Source of the DNA: Octopus sinensis
Taxonomy: Eukaryota
Direction: 5' to 3'
Length of the DNA: 64,000 nucleotides
Assembly (NCBI RefSeq): GCF_006345805.1
Contig: NC_043005.1
Span: forward strand, 14,880,001 to 14,944,000
A program made the translations under genes and the position numbers. The notes under the pieces are model-generated. The model ran no database searches and was not told the origin of the DNA. It saw only the letters and a program-made list of their open reading frames with translations. Below are positions 1 through 13,842 of this stretch, piece after piece (the first letter of the stretch is position 1; every line of letters begins with the position of its first letter).

Positions 1-318
1 TGACTCTCTGTCTGTGTGTGTCTGTATTGAGTACATCCCTAACACTCTAGAACTACCCAACCGATTTCATTCAAATTTTAAGCATGGACTACTTAGGGTC
101 CATTGAGTTTCATGAATCCCAAAAATTTTCAACATCTTGCCTAATGCGAGCTCGGAGCAATCCCTTAGATGGTTGCGGTATTACGTGTCAAAAGTGAAAC
201 TATAACATGTCTGTTGTTATGTAAACATAATAGTTTCACTATTAAAAGTATAACTATTGTTTCATTACATATATATACAAGCATATATATATATATATAT
301 ATGATATAAAAAATAAAT

Positions 319-564
319 GAGCCCTTTTAAAGCCTAGCAAGTCTCATGGGCCCGGTTTCCCGGTTTCAATGGCGTATGTGTTCCCCAGCTGGACGGGACG
401 CCAGTCCATCACAGCATTACTCATTTTTGCCAGCTGAGTGGACTGGTGCAACGTGAAATGAAGAGTTTTACTCAAGAACACAACGCGTCGCCCGGTCCAG
501 GAATCGAAACCACAATCTTACGATCATGAGGCTGACACTCTAACCACTAAGCGACGCGCTTCCA
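319..564 (-). mobile_element. tRNA-derived SINE family D (V-domain-like core GATGGACTGGCGTCCCGTCCAG)
   Basis: A/B-box-like head on the minus strand; near-identical copy at 20005-20250 (+) and a variant at 51770-52075 (-). Confidence 0.75.
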
Positions 565-695
565 CACACACACACGTATATATATTTATATACACACACA
601 CACGACAAGAATTAATATTTATCTCTTTTTATGGAAACGATAGGCTATATTGCACAGCAAAAAAGAAGTGGTCAAATGTAAATGAGATAAAGATA

Positions 696-712
696 TGGAT
701 ATATATATATAA

Positions 713-751
<39 letters not shown>

Positions 752-799
752 TATATATATGTGTGTGTGTATGTGTATATATATATGTGTGTGTATGTG

Positions 800-845
<46 letters not shown>
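696..845. repeat. Compound (AT)n/(GT)n microsatellite
   Basis: Read directly; one of dozens of such tracts in the window. Confidence 0.95.
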
Positions 846-846
<1 letters not shown>

Positions 847-1472
847 TAGCATCACAGTCCCAGCCACACCACCAGTACTCCAATGTGAGTCACATGTTTG
901 GAATTGCACTGCTACTACACACACATGTAAGTCACATTTCAGTTTTGCAGTCTGTAACTAACTAGGATCAAAGTTTTCTGGCCCTTCTGAAGGTGACGTC
1001 TTGTTTTTGCGATGTAGTTTTATGAATATGGTTGTTACTGTTTAGCTCTTGGCCAACTTTAATAGAGGCAATCCATTTGTGACCATTCTTTTTTTCTATA
1101 GATATACCTTAGATTACATTATCTAATGCATCACTTCCTTATTTTTGTATTTACTGAATTCAATCATTGGTCTGTGGCTATACTGGAGCATCACTTTTAA
1201 GGCTTTTCCTTTTTAGTTGACTATTTTGACCTCAGTCTAATACTTATTGACATTGATGGAAGACAAAAGATGATGTCAACTCAATGTAAGGGAGCCAATA
1301 TAGCCAAACCATTTTTGTTTAATGTACCAGTTTTTCAATATTAAATGTTAATCCAATTATGCAAATACATATACATGGACTTATGTATGCTCTACAGCCA
1401 GAAAGAAGTCCTGATATATGCCAGAAATGCTACCTGTCTTTCACTAAGTCATGTAAAAAAAGGATTAAAAAA

Positions 1473-1620
1473 AGTACAGTTTATCTTGATTTAGTTGGGT
1501 TTTTCCTATGCACGAAGGATTAAGAATCTATAGAATTTGTTCTTAAAAATAGTACAGTTTATCTTGATTTAGGAGGGTTTTTCCTATGCATGAAGGATTA
1601 AGAATCTATAGAATTTTTTC
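1473..1620. repeat. Local tandem duplication, period 78 bp
   Basis: agtacagtttatcttgatttag.. begins at 1473 and 1551. Confidence 0.9.
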
Positions 1621-1667
1621 ATTTGTACTATGCATTATTAATACATTTCTTTCTTTTTTCTTCAAAG

Positions 1668-1805
1668 ATCAACAAAATCTTAAAGAAGCCTGAACAAGAA
1701 AGAAGTGCTGAGGAGTCTGTAATTCTTGAAACAAATCCAGATCTTGTTAAAAAAGCTGTAGAAAGAGCAAAAATTCGATGTAAATTAAAAAGACGAGCAT
1801 TAGAG
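1668..1805 (+). CDS. SIRT7: SIRT7 exon ([16 protein letters not shown]...KRRALE), 138 nt, phase 0-0
   Basis: ttcaaag acceptor and gtaac donor; 46 aa similar to human VSRILRKAAAERSAEE...KRRQEE. Confidence 0.9.
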
Positions 1806-4169
1806 GTAACAAACAAACAATTTAATCCCTAGCAATATCTGTTTTATCATAAAGCTTTTAACTTTTTTTAAAAAAACAGGTGATACATGCATAACTCTAA
1901 GCATTCTAATTGCAAGCTTTGGTTTAAATAATGATAATGAAATTATTGTATACAGTGCTCAGGTGCACCACAACTTGTCAGAGTATATGCAGTAATGTAA
2001 AAATGTCTGGAAAGCAAACAATGTATGAGTCAGATACATGCTTGTGTGTGTATGGAGGGGAGAAAATCAGGTGTAGTGTTGGCGAATCTCAGAAAGCATG
2101 GAAGTTTTGAAGGATGCAGTGCTCCGACAACTAACAACTGATACCGGCAGTTTGTTCCATGCTTCAGCAACTCTCAGCGTGAAAAAATGTTTCCTGAAGT
2201 CATGGGAGCTGTGCTGTTTTCTGACTTTGTAAATATGGTGTTAATAGGTGTTAGGTGGAAGATAGACATATCTCTCCCGGGATAGGATACCAGTCAATCA
2301 CAAGTAACATTCCCAGGTGATCTGGTGGTACTCATTTGTTCCTTGCAACTATTAAGGCAATGTAGAATACATTTCTCTACTTGGAGACACAAAATGACAT
2401 ACAGCAGTGGATTTGAACTGACTACCTATGTGTATGTTGGTCAATACCTTGTTTTTTTTTAGCCACAGATCAGGCCTAAGGGGAGAAATTTCTGATCAAA
2501 GGTATTTCAGTCAACTTTTGTTCAGACAGTTTATCTAGGACTACATTGTCCAATGTACCTGTCTGCTTTTGACGTGGTAAAGTGTGATTGAAAGTAGATT
2601 TAACTACTGTTTCTAGTAAACCAAGCAACCCTGGAGAGGTTTCCTCATGTCACTCAAACTGGAATGACCAGAATTCATCATCATCGTTTAACATCCATTT
2701 TCCATGCTAGCATGGGTTGGACGGTTTGACCAGGGTCTGGGAAGCCAAGAGGCTGCACCAGGCTCCAGTCTGATCTGGCTGTGTTTCTACAGCTGGATGC
2801 CCTTCTTAACGTCAACCACTCCGCGAGTGTAGTGGGTGCTTTTTACGTGCCACCGGCACAGGTGCCAGGGGAGTCTGGCATCAGCCATGATCGGTTGGTG
2901 CGTTTTATGTGCCACCGGCACAGAAGCCAGTCGAGGCAGCGCTGGCATCAGCCACGTTCGGATGGTGCTTTTTATGTGCCACCGGCACAGGTATCACAAC
3001 TACTATTTCCATTGATATTTGTTTCGAATAATCTGGACCCTTTGCTGAAGTAATTTTTCTCATAACAATTCAATAGTTTACTTTAACAGGATTTAACATT
3101 TATTGATTTTTAATTGTGACAACTTATGTGTAAGTATATCTATGTGATAATTGGTTAACTCACTTATTGAATTAGTTTCCTAGTATTCTAGATTTTATTT
3201 AACTTATTTGTTGACCCTTTTGTGACCATGTTTCTTATGAAATACACCTTACATGTGTTAATTTTGGCATAAGGCCATCAAGATCGGGGAGGGAATAAGT
3301 CAATTACATCAACCCCAGTACTCAACTGGTACTTATTTTATTGACCCCAGGAGGATGAAAGGTAAAGTCAACCACAGCGGAATTTGAACTCAGGCTGTAA
3401 AGATGGCTGAAATGCCGTAAAACATTTTGCCCAATGTGCTAATAATTCTGCCAGTTTGTCACCTTAATTTTGAAAGTAATAATGAATAACTAATTTATTC
3501 ATTAAAATGATGTTTGGAACATAAATTAATGTGAATTCTTGGTGCAAGGTTTTTTTTAAATTTAAATACAAAGGCTTTAAAATGAAAGTTTTATTTTCAA
3601 CACTGCTGAGGTTATCTGTCAAGGATGGTCTCAGACATGTTGGCACCAAAAGTGTTGACTATTGTTTATTCTGAATCGTTTGTTTCAGATTGAAGATTCT
3701 GCTGAAGTACTCAAACAGAAATGTGATCAACTTGCTGAAGCTATTAAGAAGTCAAAAGGTATCTGTGTCTATACTGGAGCAGGAATCAGTACAGTGAGTA
3801 GAGATTTTGTTATAGTTTATTTTTGTATTTTTAATCATATGCTTTACAATTTGTCTTTCGTGCACCAGCAATTATGTAGCTTCCATTACTGTCTCTCCTC
3901 CATTACTCCCCCAGCATTGTCGCACTTCCATCAATTCAGCCACATGTGCCAATCACTGCATACCCTCCATACTTACCTCCTTTCTCTTCTACTCATTTCT
4001 AGTTGGTCATAGTGTCTTGAATGTATGGAGACACTGCAGGGTTGAGAACCTCTTTAGTCTTCTCATGGACACGTCAACCTCTCTAGTGCTAGTGGTTACC
4101 TACTGTGAAGTACCTTCAGCAATTTTCGTCTCTAAAGGAAATTTGATAGGCAGGAACTGAAAGATGTTC

Positions 4170-4202
<33 letters not shown>

Positions 4203-7200
4203 GTATTATATAAATATATATATATATAATGAATCTTTAAATACATTTTGAATTTTTCTTTTCACTAGGCTGCTTCAATTCCTGACTATAGAGGACCAAA
4301 CGGTGTATGGACACTTCTCCAAAAGGGACAAGAATTAAAGTAAGCTAATTTGTATCTTCATGGATATTGGTTATTTGATGCTTCCACGAGTCCTGAGTAC
4401 TTTTCTCTCTACCACCAATTACAAAAACAAATATATGTTTGAAAAATTCTTTAAAATAATAGTTTCAGATTTTGTTTGGCACAAAGCCAGCAATTTTTGG
4501 GGAGAGACTAGTTGATTACATTGCTTCCAGTGATCAACTGATACTTAATTACTGACCCTGAAATGATGAAAGGCAAAGTTGACTTCAGCAAGATTTGAAC
4601 TCAGAATGTAAAAAGCACGAAAAAAATGTTGCTAAGCATTTTGTTCATTTTGTACTAGCGATTCTGCTAGCTCACCAATCCACAAAATAATTTATATTTT
4701 TAACAATTTCAAATGATGATTAAAAATATCATCATTGTCACAAAATTAACCTTAAAAATCATCCCAAATATTTGTTGTCAACTTTCATGTGGGCCTGACT
4801 ATGTGGTTAAAAAATTTGTTTCACAACCATATGGTTCTGGGTTTGATCCCATTGCATGGCACTTTGGTCGAGTTTTTCCGGCACGTAAAAAGCACCATCC
4901 GAATCGTGGCCGAAGCCAGTGCCGCCTCGACTGGCTTCCATGCCGGTTGCATGTAAAATGCACCCATCCGACCGTGGCCGTTGCCAGCCTCGCCTGGCAC
5001 CTGTGCAGGTGGCACGTAAAAAGCACCCACTACACTCACGGAGTGGTTGGCGTTAGGAAGGGCATCCAGCTGCAGAAACATTGCCAGATAAAACTGGAGC
5101 CTGGTGCAGCCTTCCGGCTTCCCAGATCGCCGGTCGAACCGTCCAACCCATGCTAGCATGGAGAACGGACGTTAAACGATGATGATGATGATGATGTAAT
5201 GAGTGGGATTTGTGGAAACTATGTGAAAGCCCTTTGTGTGTACGTGTATGTGTCTGTGTGTGAGTGTGGAGTGCAGATGTGGTGACATTTGAATATTATT
5301 CATTCAATCTATTTTCTACATTGAAGAATGTTTTTGCCTTAAATCAACAGGCCTTAACTGGGTTGTAACAAGTGTTGACTGAAATATTTCAAAATGTTTA
5401 ATTTTTAAAGCTATAAATTATTATTGGAACTGATTTGAGATAGGAATGACCAACAAGACCACCGACAGGACTTGGTTTGTAGGTGACCATGTTACTGACT
5501 GCAATACAGTGTCTGTCATTTTCTTTTCTTCTCAATAATAATGTAAATGTTTAATTTGTTATTTTTGTAGGCCTCAACAATTTACTGATGCAGAACCAAC
5601 CAAAACACACATGGGTCTGCTAACGCTTTACAAGCATGGCAAGGTAAGTTATTACTTGTAATTTACGTTGATGTAGTTAAAATGGCAAATTTCTGTTTTC
5701 TGTAAAACATTGCTTCGTTTTTTTCGTTTCCAATTCTATTTTTCTTTCTTTTTCTTTTGCTTCCTGTGAACTGCAGTTAAAACATGTTGTATCCCAGAAT
5801 TGCGATGGACTTCATCTCAGAAGTGGTCTCTCGAAAAGAATCTTATCTGAGGTTCACGGCAATATGTACTTAGAGGTGAGACTCTTGCAAGTTTTTTTAA
5901 GCTTTATTTTATCATTGTTTTATATCATCGTAAGGCAGCAAACTGGCAGAATTGTTAGCATGCCAGGCGAAATGCTTAGCTGTATTTCATCTGCTGCTAC
6001 ATTCTGAGTTCAAATTCTGCCGAGGTTGACTTTACCTTTCATCCTTTCAGAGTCAATAAATCAAGTACCACTTGAGTACTGGGGTCACTGTGATCAACTG
6101 TCCCTCTCCTCACAAAATCCAGGACTTGTGCTCATAGTCGAAAGGTTTATTTTATATCATCACATTTCGTGAACAATCTCATAATTAGTTACAGGTATCA
6201 ATCACTGGTTCACTGCATCCACATTGATGAAAGTGACAAGAAAATAATTGTACAACTCATGCAGAACAAATACCATCCTATAAATGTTTCACTGATGTAC
6301 ATTATAATAATAATAATAATAATAATGAAATTATTGTATACAGTCCTCAGGTGCACCACAACTTGTCAAAAGTGCATATAAAGCATATGTAGTAATGTAC
6401 TAGCTGACCCTGTGTGCCGGCAAAAATGACGGCTAATTGTAGTATTTTATATATAAATAAGGTACAAAACAAGATACTTAATAATCACACATACAAACAT
6501 TCACATACTTCTCTTGTACATGCACACACATATACACAGAGTTGAAATGCTGTTTGATTTTTCTTTTCAGTGTTGGACGTTCACCATCCCATTTCCACTG
6601 CACACATGTAACCCCCCCCCCACAAACATTCACACAGCTCTCTTTTATATACTTACACAGAGTTGAAATGCTGATTTTTTTTTCACCCCTTCCTTTCTCC
6701 ATTGCTATTACTTTCTCTCACCCTCTCTCAGTCTGGGCTATTATTCTCACTACTTCTCCTTCACTGAATTACTATTTTCTCTCCTCTCCTTTCACTTATA
6801 CTACTCTTTCTCCTGCTCTGTCCTACTCCTACTCTAATTTTGAACAAATATATATATATACACATACACAAATATATTAAAGCACTATGCTCATTATTAT
6901 ATTAGGAGATTGCTTTGGGTCAACCAAAGCCTTGTGGGTGAATTTTGCTTGATGGAAACTGAAAGAAATCCATCATTCATATATATCTATGTGTGAGTGT
7001 TTCTCCATACCTTGACATCAAGTAATATTTGTAAATGAGCATCACCATCATTCAAGCAATGTCCTTTGTTTCCAATCTTCTGTGTAAACATGTCTGACTC
7101 AGTAAATTTTGTTTGGTCCATAGACGCATGGAAAAGTGGACGTTAAAACAATGATGAGGATGATATATGTATTAGGATCTTCCACACAGTTTCCAAATGC

Positions 7201-10200
7201 CACTCACAAAGCATTGGTCAGTCCAAGGCTATGTTGAACAACACTACCCTAAGTGTCATACAGTGGAAGTGAACCCAGAACCATGTGATTGCAAACTTCT
7301 TAATTACACAGCTATGTCTGCACCATCTATCACCCCCCCCCCCATCTTTCTCTTTAGTCATCTAATATACTTCTGCTAACCTCTCCCAGTTTGCTGTCTA
7401 TATGTTCAGAGCTTGTATTCCACTCACAGTCACTGAAATAAATATAAGTTGTCTTCTTGAATCGCAGGTCACACCTGATTGAGTAGATCTGCGATCTTAA
7501 GTGTTCCTGCTATTACTATGCCTTTTTCTGCTTGGTATAATGTGTTCCAGCCTACATTATCCAAATGTTAGTATACTAACCACACTAATCATTTTTTTCA
7601 GAATAGTAAGAGTTTCTAGAAAGAGAAGCTACCCAACAGAAGTCCTGTCATAAGGGCATAAGTCCCAATAATAAGCTGAGGTTGATTCAGTCAACTGAAT
7701 ATTTTTCCTTAAAAGACAATTGACCCTGAGTCAAACAAAAATTGATACATGTGTTATATATCTCATGTAATACATATATAAACATTGTGGCACATAAAAA
7801 GCACCATCCGTTCGTGCCCGTTTGCCAGCTCTGTCTGGCACCTGTGTGGGTGGCATGTAAAACGCACCCACTACACTCACGGAGTGGTTGGCGTTAGGAA
7901 GGGCATCCAGCCGTAGAAACACTGCCAGATCTGACTAGGCCTGATGAAGCCTTCCGGCTTCACAGACCCCAGTTGAACTGTCCAACCCATGCTAGTATGG
8001 AAAACGGACACTAAACGATGATGATGATGATATCTAAATTGCGGGAGTGGAACAGGTAAAATCAAGACTACATATGTTGCCTAGCTTGCAGATCCTCTGA
8101 TATAATAATTACTTTGCTACTCAGTAGGCTGAGGATACCTTAATTATATGAAGGTTACATTGTCATTTGGGAATCCGATATATTATGTATATTATATTTA
8201 TAAAAAAATATTGGGTTGTCTGGAAAGTTTGTGCTGATTTATTGTAGCTTACCTTTCGAGTTATTTTAGAACATGGTTGAGTTCATAAAATAGGATTTGA
8301 CTACACCTCCATTTAGAGCACAGTTTAAGCTATCTTTTCATGGAAGAAGGTTTATGTTCCTATGACCTGTGTTAATTCTGTAACCCTTTAAAATGGAAGA
8401 TAAGAAAGTTCATTTTCAGTACTTGATGCTTTGGGAACCAGACAAAAATTGCTGCAGCTTGGTTGGGATGTGTTACCCCACCCTTCATATTCACCAGATA
8501 TTGCTCCTTCGGATTTCCACTTATTCAGGTCTCTGCAGAATAGTCTTAATGATAAAAATTTCAATTCCTTGGATGACGTAAAAAGATACCTTGATGAATT
8601 CTTTGCCATGAAACCACCTCATTTCTAGGAAGAGGGTATTTTCAAGTTAAAGGAAAGATGGAGACGCATTGTGTAACAAAATGGTTCATATTTGGTTGAT
8701 TGAAAATGTAATGGCAAGTATTTATTGACCTTTTTCTTTCCTTTAAAAATCGGCATGAACTTTCCGGACAACCCAATATATATATTATATACTTAATGCA
8801 CGCTGGGCAAAATGCTTTGCAGTATTTCATCTGTCTTTGTGTTCTGAGTTCAAATTCTGCCCAGGTCAACTTTGCCTTTCATCCTTTTGGAGTTGATAAA
8901 TTAAGTACCAGTTGCGTACTGGAGTCGATCTAATCGATTGGTCCTCTCCCCAAAAATTTCATTGCTTTTTATTGGTCCTCTCCCCCCAAATTTATTGTTT
9001 TCTCTCTTTTCATTTTTTTCCAGATGTGTTACAAATGTAAACCTTTTAAAGAATACCTGCGCCTGTTTGATGTCACCGAGAAGACAGGTGTACGCAGGCA
9101 TCATACATCCCGACGCTGTCACTTCTGTAAAAACCTTCTTAGTGACACTATTGTCCATTTTGGTGAGAAAGGGCGCCTGTGTTCTCCATACCGGTGGAAA
9201 GAGGCTGCAGCAGCAGCCAAAAACTGTGATGTTATTTTGTGCCTTGGAACCAGTTTGAAGGTTGTTGTAACTTATAGTTATTTTTTGTTTTTGTTGTCTA
9301 AGGATATGTTCTGTTTCAATGCTTACCATTTTTATAACAATAATAGTAATAACTAGCAGTATCGCCCAGCGTTGCTCGGGTTTGTAAGGAAAATAACTAT
9401 ATAAGCATTTTTAGAGATGTAAAGTATAATAGTCATCTCAATATGGCTAACCACAAAGGGGGGGGGGTCTTACTGTAGCTTTTTATGTTCTGAGATTTAA
9501 TAATAAATTTTTAGAGAGTTACTTCCCTTATATATGCCAAAAATGCATTAAAAATGGGAAAAATTGATGGTAAATTTTTTTTAAAATCGTAGACTCATCG
9601 TAGATGCGTGCTAATACCCAGAAGGGCTCGATATGAATCACGACTATAAGATACCCGGTTTTGGTTAAACTGCACTGCAAAATGTGGGAGTAGTTAGGAA
9701 TCTAAATCATAGGAGACAGACAGCACACAACCTCACTTTTATATATAAAGATAGGGCAGCGAGCTGACAGAAACATTAGTATGCTGGGCGAAATGCTTTG
9801 CAGTATTTCATCTGTCTTTATGTTCTGAGTTCAAATTCTTCCCAGGTCGACTTTGCCTTTCATCCTTTTGGAGTCAATAAATTAAATACCAGTTGCGTAC
9901 TGGAGTTGATCTAATCAATTGGTCCCCTCCCAAAAAATTTCGGGCCTTGTGCCTTGAGTAGAAAAGAATAATAGTAATAATAATGATAACATCATCATCA
10001 TCATCATAAAAAAAAAATTTACTTACTAAACATTTGAATAGCTACCACAAATGTTTAATCAACAAAACCCTTCATAGACATTTTTACCTCTAAAGACCAA
10101 TGTAAAACTGAAAAAAAAAAAATTCAGTAAACACCATTTTTAGAATATTTTCTATTTAACTCTTAAATAGTTTAAAAAGAAGAAAAAAATATTAAAACTA

Positions 10201-11664
10201 ATAAATGTAAAATTTTACAGTTTTTTTTTGCTTTTCCTAAATGTTCTTAGGTACTAAAGAAATACACTTGTCTATGGTGTATGGACAGAAAACCTTCAAA
10301 ACGACCCAAACTTTTTATTGTAAATTTACAATGGACACCAAAAGATGTCTGTGCAACTTTAAAGATCAATGGTGAGATATATTTCAACGTACTATGCTTT
10401 CTTTCAGAACAGAATTAGATAAACTTATAATGTAAAATGTGTATCCGTTATTTATGCAATATAAAAAAAAAATGTTAAAACTAAACAGCTTATCCACCTA
10501 CCTACTTACCTACCTACCCACCCACCATTTCTTTCATGTCATCAATGTCCACATGATACATACATGAATATAGTTTCAGTTTCACCTCCTCTCCCTATAA
10601 GTCATGTGGCTGGGGTTATGTAGCTATTTATATCGTATAAATAGTTTATGTTCATTGATATTTTATTTATTATATTTGTAAGTTATTGTTTTTTTCTTCT
10701 TTTTCTTAAAAAGGAAGATGTGATGATGTCATGGATCAAATAATGAAAAAATTAGGGTGGAAAATTACTGAATATTTAAGGTAATGTGTTTTATCATATT
10801 TCATTAGTTACATTCACATATATATATATCGTGCCAGTGGCACGTAAAAGCACTCACTACACTCTCGGAGTGGTTGGCGTTAGGAAGGTCATCCACCTGT
10901 AGAAACTCTGCCAGATCAGATTGGCGCCTGGTGCAGCCATCTGGTTGCCAGTCCTCAGTCAGATCGTCCAACCCATGCTAGCATGGAAAGCGGACGTTAA
11001 ATGATGATGATGATGATATATATATATATATATATGTTTCTTTACTACCCACAAGGGGCTAAACATAGAGGGGACAAACAAGAACAGACAAACGAATTTA
11101 AGTCGATTATATCGACCCCAGTGCATAACTGGTACTTAATTTATCGACCCCGAAAGGATGAAAGGCAAAGTCGACCTCGGCGGAATTTGAACTCGGAACA
11201 TAATGGTAGACGAAATACGGCTACGCATTTCGCCCGGCGTGCTAACGGTTCTGCCAGCTCGCCGCCTTAATATATATATACACATGCACACACACACATA
11301 CACACACACGTGCATGCATGTGTGTGTATATCATCATTTAACATCTGTTTTCCATGCTGGCATGGGTTGGATGGTTTGACTGAAAACTGGTAAGCCAGGG
11401 GAGCTGCACCAAGTTCTGATCTGATTTAGCAAGGTTTCTACAGCTGGATGCCCTTCCTAACATCAACCACTCTGAGAGTGTAGTGGGTGTTTTTTGCGTG
11501 CCACTGACACAGGTGCCATTGACTTGACACTGGCATTGGACACGACTACCGTCTCACTTGGCTTGATAGGTCTACACATACACTCACACACACATATATG
11601 CACACACACACACATATGCACACACACACACACACTCTTTCTCTCTCTCTCTCTCTCTCTCTCA

Positions 11665-11697
<33 letters not shown>

Positions 11698-12340
11698 GTG
11701 ATTTCAGTAATTTAATTGTCATTTTACTGAAGCACTGCCTTCAAGCATTTCAATTGATCAGGTCAATTCTGTTATTCATTCCAGTCTGGATAATGCAACA
11801 CAATGTTTTACACAGCTAAAGTAACACCTTGACCTCATGCAAAACAGTGTTTAACAATTTATATATATATATAAGAGAGTTACTGTTAAGTGGTTAACTC
11901 TAGTGCTAAAAATAGCTCCTTATTCTGGTATAGCCACCGAAGTTGTTTCCACAAAGAAATAACATTACCTTCAATGTAAGGAAAGTGAAATACAACGAAA
12001 AGATAGATTAATGCTGAACAATTGTTTCTTTATCAATATAATATGCAATTATACTCACATATTTATCTATAAATCATCAGCAGCATTTGTCTTCGATACA
12101 ATTTATTAGACCCTCACGAGCGTCAATACCCATGCGGTCCAATCGATTGCATACATAGTTGTGGTTCAGGTTCCCCGCCAAAAGCATGGTAAGAGCACTA
12201 GAGTTAACCACTTAACGGTAACTCTCTTATATTTATGTATAAATTTGTATTGTCTCCCTGTTTTTTTATGTGCTAAGCCACTTGGTGTTAAACTGATGGT
12301 ATTATTAAATTAATATCTAATTTTTCACCCTTATTTATGA

Positions 12341-12373
<33 letters not shown>

Positions 12374-13695
12374 TATACGACAGGCTTCTTTCAGTTTCCG
12401 TCTACCAAATCAACTCACAAGGCTTTGGTCGACCGAGGCTATAGTATAGCCCAAGGTGCCATGCAGTGGGACTGAACCCAGAACCATGTGGTTGGGAACG
12501 AAGCTTCTTACCACGCAGCCACTCCTGTGCCTATGTATGTATGTGTGTGTGTGTGTGTGTGTGTGTGATTGTAAGAGTAAAAGTACACACATACATAAAA
12601 TGCAGGCATGGTTTGGGGTTATGGAGATTGTTTCCCAACATCATGGTTTTGGGTTCAGTTCCACTGCATAACATTTTGAACAAGTCTCTTCTACTATAGC
12701 CTTGGGTCTAACCTGTGAATGGATTTGGTAGACAGAAATATATAAGATTATATATTTCTGAGTTCATATACTGGTGTGTGTGTGTATGTGTGTATAATGT
12801 ATGTGTATGTGTGTTTACGGTATATTTATATATACATATGTGTTTTCAATTATATTTTGCAACAGGGAAAAGGATCCTATGTTCCGTTTTGCTGTCCCTT
12901 TACGTGCCCATGAATACAAGAGTACCACTTCTAAACAACTTAAAGTGCCTGACTCCATGAAGGAAAAATTTTGTATAAAGTCCAAGAAATCGAATTCTGA
13001 ATCTATGCAGAGTAAGGAAACTGAACAATCATCTCCTGCCGTGATATCTTCCATTAAAACCGAAATCCAAAGCCAACATTCTTGCCAAGCACTATCATCT
13101 TTGCAAAGTTCATCTGAAAAGAATTTCCCACATGACAAACACCACCTACCCAACGCCTTAGACTCCAGTTATGAGAACACGAATTTAAAATTAACTTTGA
13201 AAAGCAATATGTGTAGTTGTAGGTTTGTTGACAGCAGTGAATGTACGCTATGTTTTCTTAAGAACTCTTGTGATAAAGACCATTCCTATTGCCGCCGGCG
13301 GCAAAGGAATTTTCCATGTTCCTTAAACACCGTACAGAAAAAGTCCCTCCCTTTGCCTTGGTGCTCAGTTGCAAATATCTTGATGGAGCATGATTATCTT
13401 GCTTGGAATCAGTTTCACACTCTTGTCGAAGCTGCTGGTTTTGTAGTCAGTCAACCCCCGGCATTGGCTGATTGCAAACCTACCGTGTGCCAAGACGAAC
13501 AATTAGCCAACAGTAAATGTAACGTGGACTATCGTCCTAATTTTGAATCTTTGCACAGCTCTAAATCATTACCAAAGTTTTGTAACACTAGTAGCAATAG
13601 CAGTAGTAGTAGTAGTATTTGTAGCAGTAGTGGTAGTAGTGAGAGTAATAGCAGCAACCAAACTAACGAATCTCAAAGAAATACGACTTCCAAAC

Positions 13696-13728
<33 letters not shown>

Positions 13729-13805
13729 TTACTACTACTACTCCTCGTTATTGTGTTAGTTGTTTTTATAACAAAGTGAAGTTCTCTAAGTTGTTAGCTC
13801 TGCAA

Positions 13806-13842
<37 letters not shown>

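Noticed and set aside
619-965. ORFs rich in HT, YI and CV dipeptides (also 11463-11819, 28003-28446, 39680-39980, 49285-49566, 60759-61329)
   Set aside because: These are translations of dinucleotide microsatellites, with no splice context or homology.
4713-5159. Recurrent ORFs such as MLAWVGRFD.. and [14 protein letters not shown]..
   Set aside because: These are chance frames of the family A / RTE 3' UTR repeated in many copies; they are not host genes.
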